A stretch of DNA of 64,000 nt from Clostridia bacterium (GCA_017441005.1 JAFSAM010000058.1:8311-72310); one strand, 5' to 3'; positions 40,009 through 50,950 are shown, counted from the first letter of the stretch. Made by a program: numbers and translations. Notes: generated from the letters alone by a model not told the origin.

Positions 40009-40883
40009 ATTTTAAGGATCTGATGCTTTCCGACCTTGAGTTGGTAGAGAAAGAGCTTGTTAAGTATCTTGAAACAAAGGATGTAATGTTTCCGAAGCTT
40101 TTTGAGTCGATGAGTTATACGACGATGGCGGGCGGAAAAAGAATTCGTGCGTTTCTTGTTTTGATGTTTGCCCGTCTTTCGGGCGGAAGTGTAAAGGCGG
40201 CTTTGCCTTATGCATGCGCACTCGAAATGGTACACGCATATTCACTTATTCACGATGACCTTCCATGTATGGATGATGACGATATGAGAAGGGGAAAACC
40301 CTCAAATCACATTGTTTACGGAGAGGCACTCGGGCTTTTGGCGGGCGATGCTCTTTTGACTTATGCTTTTGAAATATGCGCGACCAACCCTAACGTTGAT
40401 CCCTCGCTTGCCGCAAAGGCCGTAGGAACCCTTGCATCTCTGGCCGGCGCTTGCGGAATGGTTGGCGGTCAGGTGCTTGATCTTGAGGGCGAAAAAAGAA
40501 AGCTTTCACGTGAAGAGTTGCACCACGTTCACGAGCTGAAGACTGCGGCACTTATTCGTGCGGCGGCGTCCCTTGGTTGCTGTACCACGTTTGAAGGCTT
40601 AAAATATCTTGACAGAGCAAATAAATACGGACAAAATATCGGTCTCGCTTTTCAGGTTGTTGACGACATACTTGACGTTACGGGTGATGAACAAAGCCTT
40701 GGAAAGCCGATAGGCAGCGATGCAGAAAATAATAAGACAACTTATCTTGATTTTATGAGTCTCGACGATGCGAAGGTGTATGCAAGAGAATTGACCGATG
40801 AGGCTTGCTCGGAGCTCGGAGAAGGTGAAAATGCAGACGTTCTTCGCCGGCTTGCATATTATTTACTCGAAAGAAAGAACTGA
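40005..40883 (+). CDS. ispA: Polyprenyl (farnesyl/geranyl) diphosphate synthase
   Basis: First DDxxD in LIHDDLPCMDDDDMRRG. Second in QVVDDILD. Confidence 0.88.
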   Translation: MNFKDLMLSDLELVEKELVKYLETKDVMFPKLFESMSYTTMAGGKRIRAFLVLMFARLSGGSVKAALPYACALEMVHAYSLIHDDLPCMDDDDMRRGKPSNHIVYGEALGLLAGDALLTYAFEICATNPNVDPSLAAKAVGTLASLAGACGMVGGQVLDLEGEKRKLSREELHHVHELKTAALIRAAASLGCCTTFEGLKYLDRANKYGQNIGLAFQVVDDILDVTGDEQSLGKPIGSDAENNKTTYLDFMSLDDAKVYARELTDEACSELGEGENADVLRRLAYYLLERKN

Positions 40884-40888
40884 TCACA

Positions 40889-41614
40889 ATGCGTCTTGAT
40901 GTGTATTTAACCGAAAATAATATTTATGAAAGCAGAAAAAAAGCATCGGATAATATAAAAAACGGTTACGTAAGGGTTGACGGAAGGATTGTCACCAAGC
41001 CTTCCTGCGAGGTTGACGGAACAGAAACGATTGAAGCTGTCGGCGAAATGTGTCCATACGTCGGACGCGGCGGATTCAAGCTTGAAAAGGCGTTGGATGA
41101 GTTTAAAATTGACGTTTCAAAAAAGGTTTGTGTCGATATCGGCGCATCGACAGGTGGGTTTACAGACTGTCTTTTGCAAAGAGGGGCATCTAAGGTCTAT
41201 GCCATCGATTCGGGCAGGGATCAATTGCACGGAAAGTTAAAAAATGATTGCCGTGTTTGCTGTATGGAAGGTGTCAATGCAAGATATCTTACACACGAAG
41301 ATATCGGCGAAAAATGTGACATAGCCGTAATGGACGTTTCTTTTATCTCACAGACAAAACTTTATACATCCGTTGCTTCTGTTTTGAAAAAAGGCGGACT
41401 GTTTGTGTCCTTGATAAAACCGCAGTTTGAAGCAGGTAAAGCTCTTGTCGGAAAAAACGGTATAGTAAAGGACGACAAAGTGCGGCTTGGCGTATGTGAA
41501 AGCATTAAAGAAACAGCGAGGCTATACGGCCTTGAAATGATGAACATCATCCAATCTCCCATCAAGGGCGGAGATGGCAACGTTGAATTTTTGGCACTGT
41601 TTGTTTTAAATTGA
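40889..41614 (+). CDS. tlyA: TlyA-family rRNA (cytidine-2'-O)-methyltransferase
   Basis: S4-like N-terminus (RLDVYL..G.V.VDG). SAM motif VDIGASTGGFTDCLL. Confidence 0.88.
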   Translation: MRLDVYLTENNIYESRKKASDNIKNGYVRVDGRIVTKPSCEVDGTETIEAVGEMCPYVGRGGFKLEKALDEFKIDVSKKVCVDIGASTGGFTDCLLQRGASKVYAIDSGRDQLHGKLKNDCRVCCMEGVNARYLTHEDIGEKCDIAVMDVSFISQTKLYTSVASVLKKGGLFVSLIKPQFEAGKALVGKNGIVKDDKVRLGVCESIKETARLYGLEMMNIIQSPIKGGDGNVEFLALFVLN

Positions 41615-41636
41615 AAACACGTTGGAGAAAAGTGAT

Positions 41637-42488
41637 ATGAAAAAAATTGCTTTGGTTGTAAAAAGAAATACCGAAGAGGGAAATGACATCGCTTGCAAAA
41701 CACTTGAAATACTTGACAGTCTCGGTTGTACTGTTTATCTGACCGAGTCGGACAAAAAAATTGCAGAAGCTTTTAAAGGTGTTGTTTTGAAAAAAGACGA
41801 CGAGCTTTTTAGCGATGCCGAGAGTGTAATTGTATTCGGCGGTGACGGAACCATTATGCGTACTGCCCACAAAACAAGATTGCCTATTCTTGGGGTAAAT
41901 ATGGGCAGAATCGGTTATATTGCAGAGCTTGAACCTGATGAATTGCATCTGTTAAAGGAGCTTGTTACGGATAATTACAAGATCGAACACCGTATGATGC
42001 TTGACTGTTCCGTTTCAAAAGCCGGCAAGGGGAGTTCATCTGAGCCGCCTGTTTTGAACGATATAGTTCTTTCGAAGGGGAGCAGCTCTGTTATGCCCGA
42101 AATCGAGCTTGTATGTAACGGAGAGGATGTAGGTAAATATTTTGCAGACGGACTTATATGCTGTACCCCGACAGGATCTACCGCTTATTCATTGGCGGCA
42201 GGAGGATCGATCATCGATCCTGGAATGGAGTGCTTCGGAATTTCTCCGATCTGTCCGCAGTCATTTTACGCAAAGCCCTTGATCTTCGGAGGCGACTCTG
42301 TGCTTGAATTTAAAAAGGGAAGCCGCGGACACGGCAGATTGTTTTTGACACGCGACGGCGTATTTGTCTGCGAAATAGAGGACGGGGACACTGTTACCGT
42401 AAAAAAGAGTCGATCCTATACCAAACTGATCAGAATAAAGAAAAATAATTTTTACAGTGTTATGCGCAGTAAGGTAACCGAAATATAA
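41637..42488 (+). CDS. nadK: NAD+ kinase
   Basis: VIVFGGDGTIMR (GGDGT), NMGRIGYI and TPTGSTAYSLAAGG. ATG 41637 is 9 nt after GGAG. Confidence 0.92.
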   Translation: MKKIALVVKRNTEEGNDIACKTLEILDSLGCTVYLTESDKKIAEAFKGVVLKKDDELFSDAESVIVFGGDGTIMRTAHKTRLPILGVNMGRIGYIAELEPDELHLLKELVTDNYKIEHRMMLDCSVSKAGKGSSSEPPVLNDIVLSKGSSSVMPEIELVCNGEDVGKYFADGLICCTPTGSTAYSLAAGGSIIDPGMECFGISPICPQSFYAKPLIFGGDSVLEFKKGSRGHGRLFLTRDGVFVCEIEDGDTVTVKKSRSYTKLIRIKKNNFYSVMRSKVTEI

Positions 42489-42507
42489 ACGTATCGGAGT
42501 ATTAATT

Positions 42508-42963
42508 ATGAAAAAAGAAAGACAGAAGAAGATTCTTGAACTTATCGAAAAATATAACATAGAGACCCAGGAGGAGCTTACAGATAGGCTTAAGAACGAA
42601 GGCTTTGACGTTACGCAGGCGACAGCCTCGCGCGATATACGTGAGCTCAATCTTGTAAAGGTTTCTTCCGCGGGCAATGCATATAAGTATTCGAGTGCTC
42701 CGAAGGAGGATATAAAAATATCCGTCAAGTATATGAATATTCTTAAAGAGACCTTGATCTATGCCGATTATGCAGCACATACCGTGGTTTTAAAAACATA
42801 TTCCGGAATGGCTCAGGCAGCTGCCGCTGCCATTGACAATATGGGCTGGAAAGAGATTGTAGGTTCTGTGGCGGGAGACGATACGGTCCTGATGATCATG
42901 AGAAGCGAGGACAGCGCGAGAGAATTTTGCTCCCGCTTTAATGCGATCGTAGGAAAAAAGTGA
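42508..42963 (+). CDS. argR: Arginine repressor
   Basis: Winged-helix N-domain (QEELTDRLKNEGFDVTQATASRDIREL). C-terminal GSVAGDDTVLMI. Confidence 0.92.
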   Translation: MKKERQKKILELIEKYNIETQEELTDRLKNEGFDVTQATASRDIRELNLVKVSSAGNAYKYSSAPKEDIKISVKYMNILKETLIYADYAAHTVVLKTYSGMAQAAAAAIDNMGWKEIVGSVAGDDTVLMIMRSEDSAREFCSRFNAIVGKK

Positions 42964-43000
42964 TCAGTTAAATTAAAAAAAGAGAGGATGAGGCTTTTAT

Positions 43001-44680
43001 ATGCTGTCATCATTACATATAGAGAATATTGCTGTAATACGCAACGTAGATATTGATCTTTCAAAGGGTTTCACTGTGTTGACCGGTGAGACGGGGGCCG
43101 GAAAGTCTATTATAATCGATTCGATCAACTTTCTTATGGGAAATAGATCGGGCAAGGATCTTATTCGTAACGGACAAAAAAACGCTCTTGTCTCCGCATT
43201 GTTTACGGATATTCCAAATTCTGTTGTTTTGTTGCTCGATGAAATGGGAATAGCACCTGATGAAAACGGAGAGCTGTTTTTACAGAGAAGCGTTACAATT
43301 GACGGAAAATCGCAGATCAAGATAAACGGTAGGACCTGTCCTGCATCGATCCTGAAGGAGGTTGCCGGACTGCTTATCAACATTCACGGCCAGCATGACA
43401 GCAAATACCTCCTTGAGAGTAGGTATCATATTGATCTTCTTGATTCTTTTGCAGACAATGCGGAGTTGATCGACGAATACAAGGTGCATTATGAAAAAAT
43501 GAATGAAATTGAGTCGAAGATCAAGTCTATATTTATCAGCGAAGGGGAAAAAGAGAGGCTTACTGAGCTTTTGAACTATCAAATCAAAGAGATAGACGGG
43601 GCAAAGCTCAAAAAGGGCGAAGAAGAGGTGCTGAACACCAGAGAAGGTGTGCTTCGTAACAGTGAACACATTTCCAAGCAGATAAGATTTTGCTATAAAG
43701 CGTTGTATTCCAACGATAAAGGTGTTACGGCCGCGACCTTGGCAAGAAAATCAGCCGACGCATTAAGCAGCGTGTCAGACGTTTTGCCCGAGCTTCGGGA
43801 AATGGCAGAAAAGCTTAATAATTATGCTTATGAAATGGAAGAGATAGCCGTCAGCGCAAAAGAGCTTGCAGGTGATATAAGTCTTGATCCTCTTGTTGAA
43901 TTAAATGAGGTTCAGACAAGACTTGATCTCATTTATAAGCTGAAAAGAAAATACGGAAGCAACATCGAAGAAATACTGAATTATCGCGAAAAGATCGCAG
44001 ACGAGCTTGACGGTATCACAAGAAGCGATGAGATCATCGAAGATTTAAAGCGAGATCTTTCTCTTGTAAAAAAAGAGGCAGACAAGCTCTGTTCCGCAAT
44101 CAGTGAAAACAGAAAACGCGCTGCTAACGTGCTTGAAAAATCTGTGTGCGCCGTTTTGTCATTCCTTGAGATGCCCAAGGTGAAATTTGAGGTATCTGTT
44201 TTGGAAAGTGAAAAGTATACCCCAAAAGGCAGAGATGATGTCGAGTTTCTTCTTTCGGCAAATCCCGGTGAGCCGCTGAAGCCTTTGTCCAAAATTGCCT
44301 CGGGCGGTGAGCTCTCAAGGATCATGCTTTCACTCAAGAGCGTTCTTCGCGAAAAGGAAAGCACAGGGACAGTGGTTTTCGACGAGGTTGATACCGGTGT
44401 TTCGGGTAAAACCTCTCAAAAGATTGGCATAAAGCTGAAGCAGACGTCCGAAAGCTGTCAGGTTCTCTGTATTACCCATTCGGCGCAGATCGCAGCCCTC
44501 GCAAGCCAACACTTGTTTATTTCAAAGAATGAGCAAGAGGGAAGAGTTGAGACGTCGGTTTCCCTGCTTGATTATAATTCTCGTGTACATGAGCTTGCAA
44601 GAATAATGGGCGGAATCGAAATCACAGAGGTGCTTTTGTCGAGCGCAAAAGAGCTTCTTGATTCATCGCAAAAATATTGA
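43001..44680 (+). CDS. recN: DNA repair protein RecN
   Basis: LTGETGAGKSIIIDS Walker A. Long coiled coil. SGGELSRIML signature. VVFDEVDTG Walker B. Confidence 0.95.
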   Translation: MLSSLHIENIAVIRNVDIDLSKGFTVLTGETGAGKSIIIDSINFLMGNRSGKDLIRNGQKNALVSALFTDIPNSVVLLLDEMGIAPDENGELFLQRSVTIDGKSQIKINGRTCPASILKEVAGLLINIHGQHDSKYLLESRYHIDLLDSFADNAELIDEYKVHYEKMNEIESKIKSIFISEGEKERLTELLNYQIKEIDGAKLKKGEEEVLNTREGVLRNSEHISKQIRFCYKALYSNDKGVTAATLARKSADALSSVSDVLPELREMAEKLNNYAYEMEEIAVSAKELAGDISLDPLVELNEVQTRLDLIYKLKRKYGSNIEEILNYREKIADELDGITRSDEIIEDLKRDLSLVKKEADKLCSAISENRKRAANVLEKSVCAVLSFLEMPKVKFEVSVLESEKYTPKGRDDVEFLLSANPGEPLKPLSKIASGGELSRIMLSLKSVLREKESTGTVVFDEVDTGVSGKTSQKIGIKLKQTSESCQVLCITHSAQIAALASQHLFISKNEQEGRVETSVSLLDYNSRVHELARIMGGIEITEVLLSSAKELLDSSQKY

Positions 44681-44751
44681 AAATATAGGAAAATTTATCG
44701 GTATTTTACATATACTGTTGGTATATATAAAAAGAGAAGAGGATATTGTTT

Positions 44752-45660
44752 ATGTTTGAATGTTCTAATTTAGAGCAGTTTATGAAGGAGTGTGCCTCGC
44801 TTGATTATGAGAAAGGCATAAGATTGGCAGAGCATTCCACTTTTAAGATCGGAGGTATTGCAGACTATATTGCATACCCCAAGACCGAAAGCGCTTTATG
44901 TGCACTTGTTGATTATTTGAATGATGAAGGTATTAAATACACAGTAGTGGGTAACGGTAGCAACCTGCTTTTTGCCGACGAGGGGTACAGAGGGGTTATT
45001 GTTGTCACAACTCATTTAAAAAAGATCAGAAAAACGAGAAACACTCTGTATGCCGAATGCGGTGTATCTCTGACTGCGTTAGCGGTTTATGCGCAAAAGC
45101 ACGGTCTTTCGGGGCTGGAATTTGCTTATGGTATACCCGGAACTGTCGGCGGTGCAGTTTATATGAATGCCGGTGCATACGGCGGTGAGATCAAGGATGT
45201 TTTATTGAAAAGTGCATATTTTGATCAAGAGACTTCAAAGCGTTTTGAGTTGTATAATCCGGGACATAAATTCGGCTACAGAAAGAGCATTTATGCTGAT
45301 AACAGTCATGTTATTCTTTCTGCAGTGTTCGAACTTAAGCCCAAGGATCCTGCGGAGATCAAGGCTGAAATGGATGGATTTATGGCGGCGAGAAAAGAAA
45401 AGCAGCCGCTTGATTACCCGAGTGCCGGAAGTACGTTCAAGCGCTGTGAAGGTCATTATACAGCGCAGATGATCGATCAGGCGGGATTGAAGGGCTTTAC
45501 AGTAGGAGGCGCTCAAGTTTCGGAAAAGCACGCAGGTTTTGTTATCAACAAGGGAAATGCAACCGCGAGGGATGTTAAAGAGCTTATTTGTGTTATTAAG
45601 GCTAAACTGAAAGAGAAATTTGATGTTGATATACAGGAAGAAGTAAAATTTATAGATTGA
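44752..45660 (+). CDS. murB: UDP-N-acetylenolpyruvoylglucosamine reductase
   Basis: FAD-binding TFKIGG..VVGNGSNLL, YGIPGTVGGAVYMNAGAYG and SAGSTFK. ATG 44752 is 8 nt after the RBS. Confidence 0.92.
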   Translation: MFECSNLEQFMKECASLDYEKGIRLAEHSTFKIGGIADYIAYPKTESALCALVDYLNDEGIKYTVVGNGSNLLFADEGYRGVIVVTTHLKKIRKTRNTLYAECGVSLTALAVYAQKHGLSGLEFAYGIPGTVGGAVYMNAGAYGGEIKDVLLKSAYFDQETSKRFELYNPGHKFGYRKSIYADNSHVILSAVFELKPKDPAEIKAEMDGFMAARKEKQPLDYPSAGSTFKRCEGHYTAQMIDQAGLKGFTVGGAQVSEKHAGFVINKGNATARDVKELICVIKAKLKEKFDVDIQEEVKFID

Positions 45661-45694
45661 CATCAGACAGTATAAAAAGGGATTTATAATTAAT

Positions 45695-46555
45695 ATGGAA
45701 TTTATGTTTTTGACCGGTATGTCCGGTGCAGGAAAATCAAAAGCGGCAGATACACTTGAGGATCTTGGGTATTTGTGTATAGACAACATGCCTGTAGCTT
45801 TTATACCTAAATTTGCCGAAATGTATAACCAAACTCCCAATAAAAATGCAAAGGTCGCTTTTGTTATCGACGTTAGAGGCGAAATAGAGTTTGAGTCGCT
45901 TATTATTGAGCTTGATGCTCTGAAAAAACGCGGATATCGTTGTAAGACCTTATTTATTGACTGTGATAATTCTGTTCTTATAAACAGATATAAGGAATCC
46001 AGAAGGATCCATCCTCTTGTCCCTATTAAAAATCTCAATATGAAGTCGGCAATCGAGCTTGAAAGAAATATGCTCGAGCCTATCAAAAATTATGCCGACT
46101 ACGTGATCAATACTTCATCGTTATCCGTAAAACAGCTTAAAGATAAGATTCACGGCATTTTCCCCGAAGGGTATACCCACGATCTTGTGATCACCTGTAT
46201 GTCTTTCGGTTTCAAAAACGGAATCGTTACAGATGCCGATCTTGTTTTTGACGTGAGATGTTTTCCTAATCCGTTTTATGTAACAGAATTAAAAAATAAA
46301 ACCGGTCTTGAACAAGAGGTCAAGGATTTTGTTTTTGCGGGTGGGGAGACAAAGGTCTTTCTTGACAAGCTTTACGATATGCTTGACTATCTTATTCCTC
46401 TCTATATCAAGGAGGGAAAGTCACAGCTGACTGTTGCCGTCGGATGCACCGGGGGAAAACACCGTTCCGTTGCAATCACCGAAGAGCTTGGTAAATACTT
46501 AAAGAATACGCACAAGACGGTTATTGTTCACAGAGACATTGAAAAAACGCGTTAG
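45695..46555 (+). CDS. rapZ: RNase adapter / nucleotide-binding protein RapZ (YvcJ)
   Basis: LTGMSGAGKS Walker A. C-terminal GCTGGKHRSV. Confidence 0.92.
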   Translation: MEFMFLTGMSGAGKSKAADTLEDLGYLCIDNMPVAFIPKFAEMYNQTPNKNAKVAFVIDVRGEIEFESLIIELDALKKRGYRCKTLFIDCDNSVLINRYKESRRIHPLVPIKNLNMKSAIELERNMLEPIKNYADYVINTSSLSVKQLKDKIHGIFPEGYTHDLVITCMSFGFKNGIVTDADLVFDVRCFPNPFYVTELKNKTGLEQEVKDFVFAGGETKVFLDKLYDMLDYLIPLYIKEGKSQLTVAVGCTGGKHRSVAITEELGKYLKNTHKTVIVHRDIEKTR

Positions 46556-46574
46556 TTGTTTGGGAGATAAAAAT

Positions 46575-47327
46575 ATGTCCTATTCAAGCGAATTGAAAAA
46601 GACGTTAAAAGAGATTAGTATGAAGAAAAAGTGCTGTCGACGCGCTTTTTACTACGGTGAATCGCTTTTTACTTCGTCCAAAAAGCTCGATTTAAGTTTT
46701 GATTTTACAAAATACGGGTATTCTGAAGGCGAGAAACCTGATCGAATAATATGGGATAATATAAAATGTCCTTCCTGCAGAAATAGCTTTTTAAGAGGTG
46801 TTTTTTGCGGCGGAGGTACTGTTTCAGATCCCGAAAAGTCTTTTCATTTTGAGATCAAGTGCGAAAACGAACGTCTGATAGATGCTCTTAGTGAATACGT
46901 AGCCGAAAATTGTCTTGAAATGAAAAAGACTGTAAGAGGAGATAAATTCAGTCTTTATTTAAAAAGAGGCGATGATATAGAAGATATCATGCACTATATG
47001 GGAGCCGGAAAAGAGGCATTCGCCGTAGCCAATGAAAAAATCAAAAGGAATATATCCAATCAAGCGAACAGAAGAAGTAACTTTGAGGTTGTAAACATAC
47101 AAAAAACGGTAAATGCGTCACAGGAATCTGTCGATGCTATAAAAAAATTAGAGAAAAAGGGCTTGTTGAACAAGCTGCCGCGAGGTCTTGAGGAGACCGC
47201 AAGACTAAGGCTTGATAACCCCTTCGCAAATCTTGAGGAGTTGGCAGAGATGCACTCTGACAGAATATCAAAATCCGGGGTAAATCACCGATTGAAAAAG
47301 CTTATTGAGCTTGCTGATTTAGATTGA
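46575..47327 (+). CDS. whiA: DNA-binding protein WhiA (short form, 250 aa)
   Basis: MSYSSELKKTLKEI...KKCCRRAF. C-terminal HTH LEELAEMHSDRISKSGVNHRLKKL. ATG 46575 follows GGGAG. Confidence 0.82.
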   Translation: MSYSSELKKTLKEISMKKKCCRRAFYYGESLFTSSKKLDLSFDFTKYGYSEGEKPDRIIWDNIKCPSCRNSFLRGVFCGGGTVSDPEKSFHFEIKCENERLIDALSEYVAENCLEMKKTVRGDKFSLYLKRGDDIEDIMHYMGAGKEAFAVANEKIKRNISNQANRRSNFEVVNIQKTVNASQESVDAIKKLEKKGLLNKLPRGLEETARLRLDNPFANLEELAEMHSDRISKSGVNHRLKKLIELADLD

Positions 47328-47344
47328 TTATTTAGGAGGTACGT

Positions 47345-50300
47345 ATGAGCGGATTTGTTCATTTACATTTGCATACGGAATACAGTCTGCTCGACGGTGC
47401 GTGCCGAATAGCAGATGTTCCGAAACTTGCAAAGGAAATGGGACATAATGCAGTTGCTATAACTGACCATGGCGCGATGTACGGAGTAGTTGATTTTTAT
47501 AAGGCTTGTAAAGAAAACGATATTAAGCCTATAATCGGATGTGAGGTCTACGTCGCTTCGCGTACAAGATTTGATAAAGAATACGGCCAGGACAGCGGTT
47601 ATGACCACTTGATATTGCTTGTAAAAAACGAAGTTGGTTATAAGAATCTTATATATATGGTCTCCAAGGCTTTTGAAGAGGGATTTTATTCAAAGCCGAG
47701 GATCGATAATGATCTTCTCGAAGAACATTCTGAGGGGCTGATCTGCCTTTCTGCCTGTGTTGCCGGTTCTATTCCCAAAATGCTTATGAAAAATGATTAT
47801 CAAGGTGCTCTCGATTACGCGAAAAAGCTTGATGGTCTTTTTGGAAGAGGGAATTTTTATCTTGAATTGCAGGATCACGGTTTAGAGATCGAGTCTGAAA
47901 CAAGAAAAGGTCTTTTGAAGATCCACGAAGAGACAGGAATTCCGTTTGCCGCAACAAACGACGTGCATTACCTGAGAAAGACCGATGCAAATACCCAGGC
48001 TGTGCTTATGTGCTTGCAGATGGGAACTACTATTGAAAACGGACGCCCGCTCGGCTTTGAAACGGATGAGTTTTATTATAAAAGCACCGAAGAAATGGAG
48101 AAGCTTTTTGCGGAATATGAGGATGCTGTCATCAATACTCAAAAAATTGCGGACAAATGCAACTTTGATTTTTCTTTCGGTAAAACATTTTTGCCGAAAT
48201 ACGTGCCTGCCGACGGCTCGTCTCCGAAAGATTTTTTAAAAAAGCTTGCATCAGACGGATTGACCAAAAGAATTAATAAAGGTAATATTACTTTCTCTGA
48301 TGAATACACAGAAAATGACTACAGAAAGAGAATGGAATACGAGCTTTCTGTAATCACTGAGATGGGGTATGCCGAGTATTATCTCATAGTGTGGGATTTT
48401 GTAAACTATGCAAAAAGTCACAATATACCGACAGGTCCCGGAAGAGGCTCGGGGGCGGGAAGTCTTGTGGCTTACCTTATTGGTATTACTGACATAGATT
48501 CCATAAAATACGGGCTCTTGTTTGAGCGTTTTTTGAACCCGCAAAGGGTAAGTATGCCCGACTTTGATATAGATTTCAGCGATGAAAAGCGTGATCTTGT
48601 ATTCGATTACGTGTCAAGAAAATACGGGAAAGAGCATGTTTCTCATATTATCACATTCGGTACTCTTGCCGCAAGAGCATGCGTGCGGGATGTAGGGCGT
48701 GCTATGGGAATGTCTTTTAACAGTGTTGCAAGGGTAGCCGAGGCTGTGCCCCAACGCATTTCGGTCACTAACGAGGACGGTACGACAGAAACCATTAACA
48801 AAGTCACGCTTGAAATGGCACTGAAAACCGAGAAGCTGAAAAATATGTATGATAACGAGCCTGAAACACGGAGGCTTATAGATTATGCTATGGCTCTTGA
48901 GGGGATGCCGAGACACGCATCTACACACGCGGCGGGAGTTGTGATTACCGATGAGCCCGTCTGTGAATACGTGCCAATGGCGGTCACAAAGGGCTCTTTG
49001 GTTACACAGTTTGATATGAACACTGTAGCCGATCTCGGTCTTTTGAAGTTCGACTTTCTCGGATTAAGATTTTTGACTGTAATCGATAATACTGTAAAGG
49101 CTATTCAAAAGAACGACCCTGATTTTGATATTAGCAGTATCAGTTTTGATGATAAAGCAACTTACAAAATGATATCCGACGGTGATACGATCGGGGTTTT
49201 CCAGCTTGAAAAACAAGGGATGCGCAATACTCTTGTCAGAATGTGTCCCGAAGCCCTTGCAGATATAATTGCAACAATCGCCCTTTACCGCCCCGGGCCT
49301 ATGAGTTCCATAGGTAAGTACGTTGAAAACAAGAAAAACAGAGACAGTATAAATTATCCCGTTAAGCTGATAGAGCCTATATTAAAGGAGACTTTCGGCT
49401 GTGTCGTCTACCAGGAGCAGGTAATGCAGATATTCAGGACGGTTGCCGACTATTCCTTCGGACAAGCTGATATTATAAGAAAGGCCATGTCAAAAAAGAA
49501 GGCGGGGGTAATTGAAAAAGAGAAGAATACATTTCTTGATAAGGCTGTCGAGAAGGGTATCAACAGAAGTGATGCTGAAAACCTTTTTGAAGAGCTTGTT
49601 GGCTTTTGTAAGTATGCATTTAACAAGAGTCATGCTGCCTCCTATGCTGTTGTAACTTATCGCTCTGCATACCTGAAGTGCCACTACCCTAAGGAGTATA
49701 TGGCATCACTTCTAACGTCGGTCATCGGAGATGAGGACAAGGTTGCTATGTATGCCGAGGAATGTAAAAAACTCGGTATTCCGCTTTTGCCGCCCGACGT
49801 TAATGAAAGCTACGGATACTTCAGGGTTGTAGGCGATAACATCAGATACGCTTTGCTTGCTTTAAAAAACGTTGGAAGGACATTCGTCGATGCGGTAGTA
49901 AAGGAAAGAGAAAACGGTTATTACACTTCATTTGAAAATTTTGTCCGAAGAATGACAGCTTTTGATCTTAATAAGCGTCAAATAGAAACGCTTATCAAGG
50001 CAGGGTGCTTTGATTTTACAAAGCTTTACCGCCCGCAGATACTTGCAGTATACGAAAGTGTGATAGACGGATTTGTTGAGAGCAGCAAAAATAATGCGAA
50101 CGGTCAGCTGGATTTCTTTAGTGTAGACAACGACTCGTCGGAGGCGGAAAGTGTCAAATATCCCGAGCTTGGTGATTTTGCGGTGAAGGAAAAGCTGTTG
50201 TATGAAAAGGAGTGTGCGGGTTTTTATTTTTCGGGAAACTTGCTCGATAATTATTCAAGGCATGAAGCCGATCTCGGTTGCACTGAAATTAAGCGGGTAT

Positions 50301-50950
50301 TTGATTCGTTTGACGTTGTTGACGGCGATGATGTAGTTGAAGGAACGAGAGAGTTTCGTGACAGACAAAGAGTTTGCGTTTGCGGAATCATTACTTCGAT
50401 CGTAGATAAAACGACTCGAAAGGGCGATAAGATCTGTTTTGTTACGCTGGAGGACAGAAGCAGGAGAATTGAGGTGGTCGTCTTTTCTTCTGTACTCGAA
50501 GAATATGGTTATATGCTTACACTCGACAACATAGTTGCTGTCTACGGTGATATTTCTGCCAAGATAGAAAACGAGGTCAAGCTTATAATGCAGAAGGCAG
50601 AGGTGCTTAAGCCTAATGATGTTTACGTGCCTGTGCAAAAACCGATACGGAATCGAAACGATTTAATTAAATCGCGGGAAGTCAGTACAGAATCAAAGCA
50701 ATATACGTCTCAACAGAATAATACAAGGAGTGAAAAAACGCTTTATTTGAGGGTTGATGATATGGAGTGCGAGACTTTCAAAAAGGCGGTAAACTTACTT
50801 GAAATTTTTGAAGGCAAAACAAAGGTTATATTCTATGATTCTTCAAAAGGAAACTACGTTGCCGCAAGAGGAAGAAATGTCGATATATCAGATAGAATAT
50901 TATCTTTCTTTTCCGAGCTTCTCGGAAAGGGTAACGTTATCCTCAAATAA
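47345..50950 (+). CDS. dnaE: DNA polymerase III alpha subunit (DnaE type)
   Basis: PHP domain FVHLHLHTEYSLLDG. Palm motif PDFDIDF. 1201 aa with a C-terminal OB fold. Confidence 0.95.
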   Translation: MSGFVHLHLHTEYSLLDGACRIADVPKLAKEMGHNAVAITDHGAMYGVVDFYKACKENDIKPIIGCEVYVASRTRFDKEYGQDSGYDHLILLVKNEVGYKNLIYMVSKAFEEGFYSKPRIDNDLLEEHSEGLICLSACVAGSIPKMLMKNDYQGALDYAKKLDGLFGRGNFYLELQDHGLEIESETRKGLLKIHEETGIPFAATNDVHYLRKTDANTQAVLMCLQMGTTIENGRPLGFETDEFYYKSTEEMEKLFAEYEDAVINTQKIADKCNFDFSFGKTFLPKYVPADGSSPKDFLKKLASDGLTKRINKGNITFSDEYTENDYRKRMEYELSVITEMGYAEYYLIVWDFVNYAKSHNIPTGPGRGSGAGSLVAYLIGITDIDSIKYGLLFERFLNPQRVSMPDFDIDFSDEKRDLVFDYVSRKYGKEHVSHIITFGTLAARACVRDVGRAMGMSFNSVARVAEAVPQRISVTNEDGTTETINKVTLEMALKTEKLKNMYDNEPETRRLIDYAMALEGMPRHASTHAAGVVITDEPVCEYVPMAVTKGSLVTQFDMNTVADLGLLKFDFLGLRFLTVIDNTVKAIQKNDPDFDISSISFDDKATYKMISDGDTIGVFQLEKQGMRNTLVRMCPEALADIIATIALYRPGPMSSIGKYVENKKNRDSINYPVKLIEPILKETFGCVVYQEQVMQIFRTVADYSFGQADIIRKAMSKKKAGVIEKEKNTFLDKAVEKGINRSDAENLFEELVGFCKYAFNKSHAASYAVVTYRSAYLKCHYPKEYMASLLTSVIGDEDKVAMYAEECKKLGIPLLPPDVNESYGYFRVVGDNIRYALLALKNVGRTFVDAVVKERENGYYTSFENFVRRMTAFDLNKRQIETLIKAGCFDFTKLYRPQILAVYESVIDGFVESSKNNANGQLDFFSVDNDSSEAESVKYPELGDFAVKEKLLYEKECAGFYFSGNLLDNYSRHEADLGCTEIKRVFDSFDVVDGDDVVEGTREFRDRQRVCVCGIITSIVDKTTRKGDKICFVTLEDRSRRIEVVVFSSVLEEYGYMLTLDNIVAVYGDISAKIENEVKLIMQKAEVLKPNDVYVPVQKPIRNRNDLIKSREVSTESKQYTSQQNNTRSEKTLYLRVDDMECETFKKAVNLLEIFEGKTKVIFYDSSKGNYVAARGRNVDISDRILSFFSELLGKGNVILK

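Noticed and set aside
45235-46086. 283-aa minus-strand ORF spanning the murB/rapZ junction
   Set aside because: It overlaps two well-supported plus-strand genes and their intergenic region. It has a low-complexity Ile/Phe/Ser composition and no RBS.
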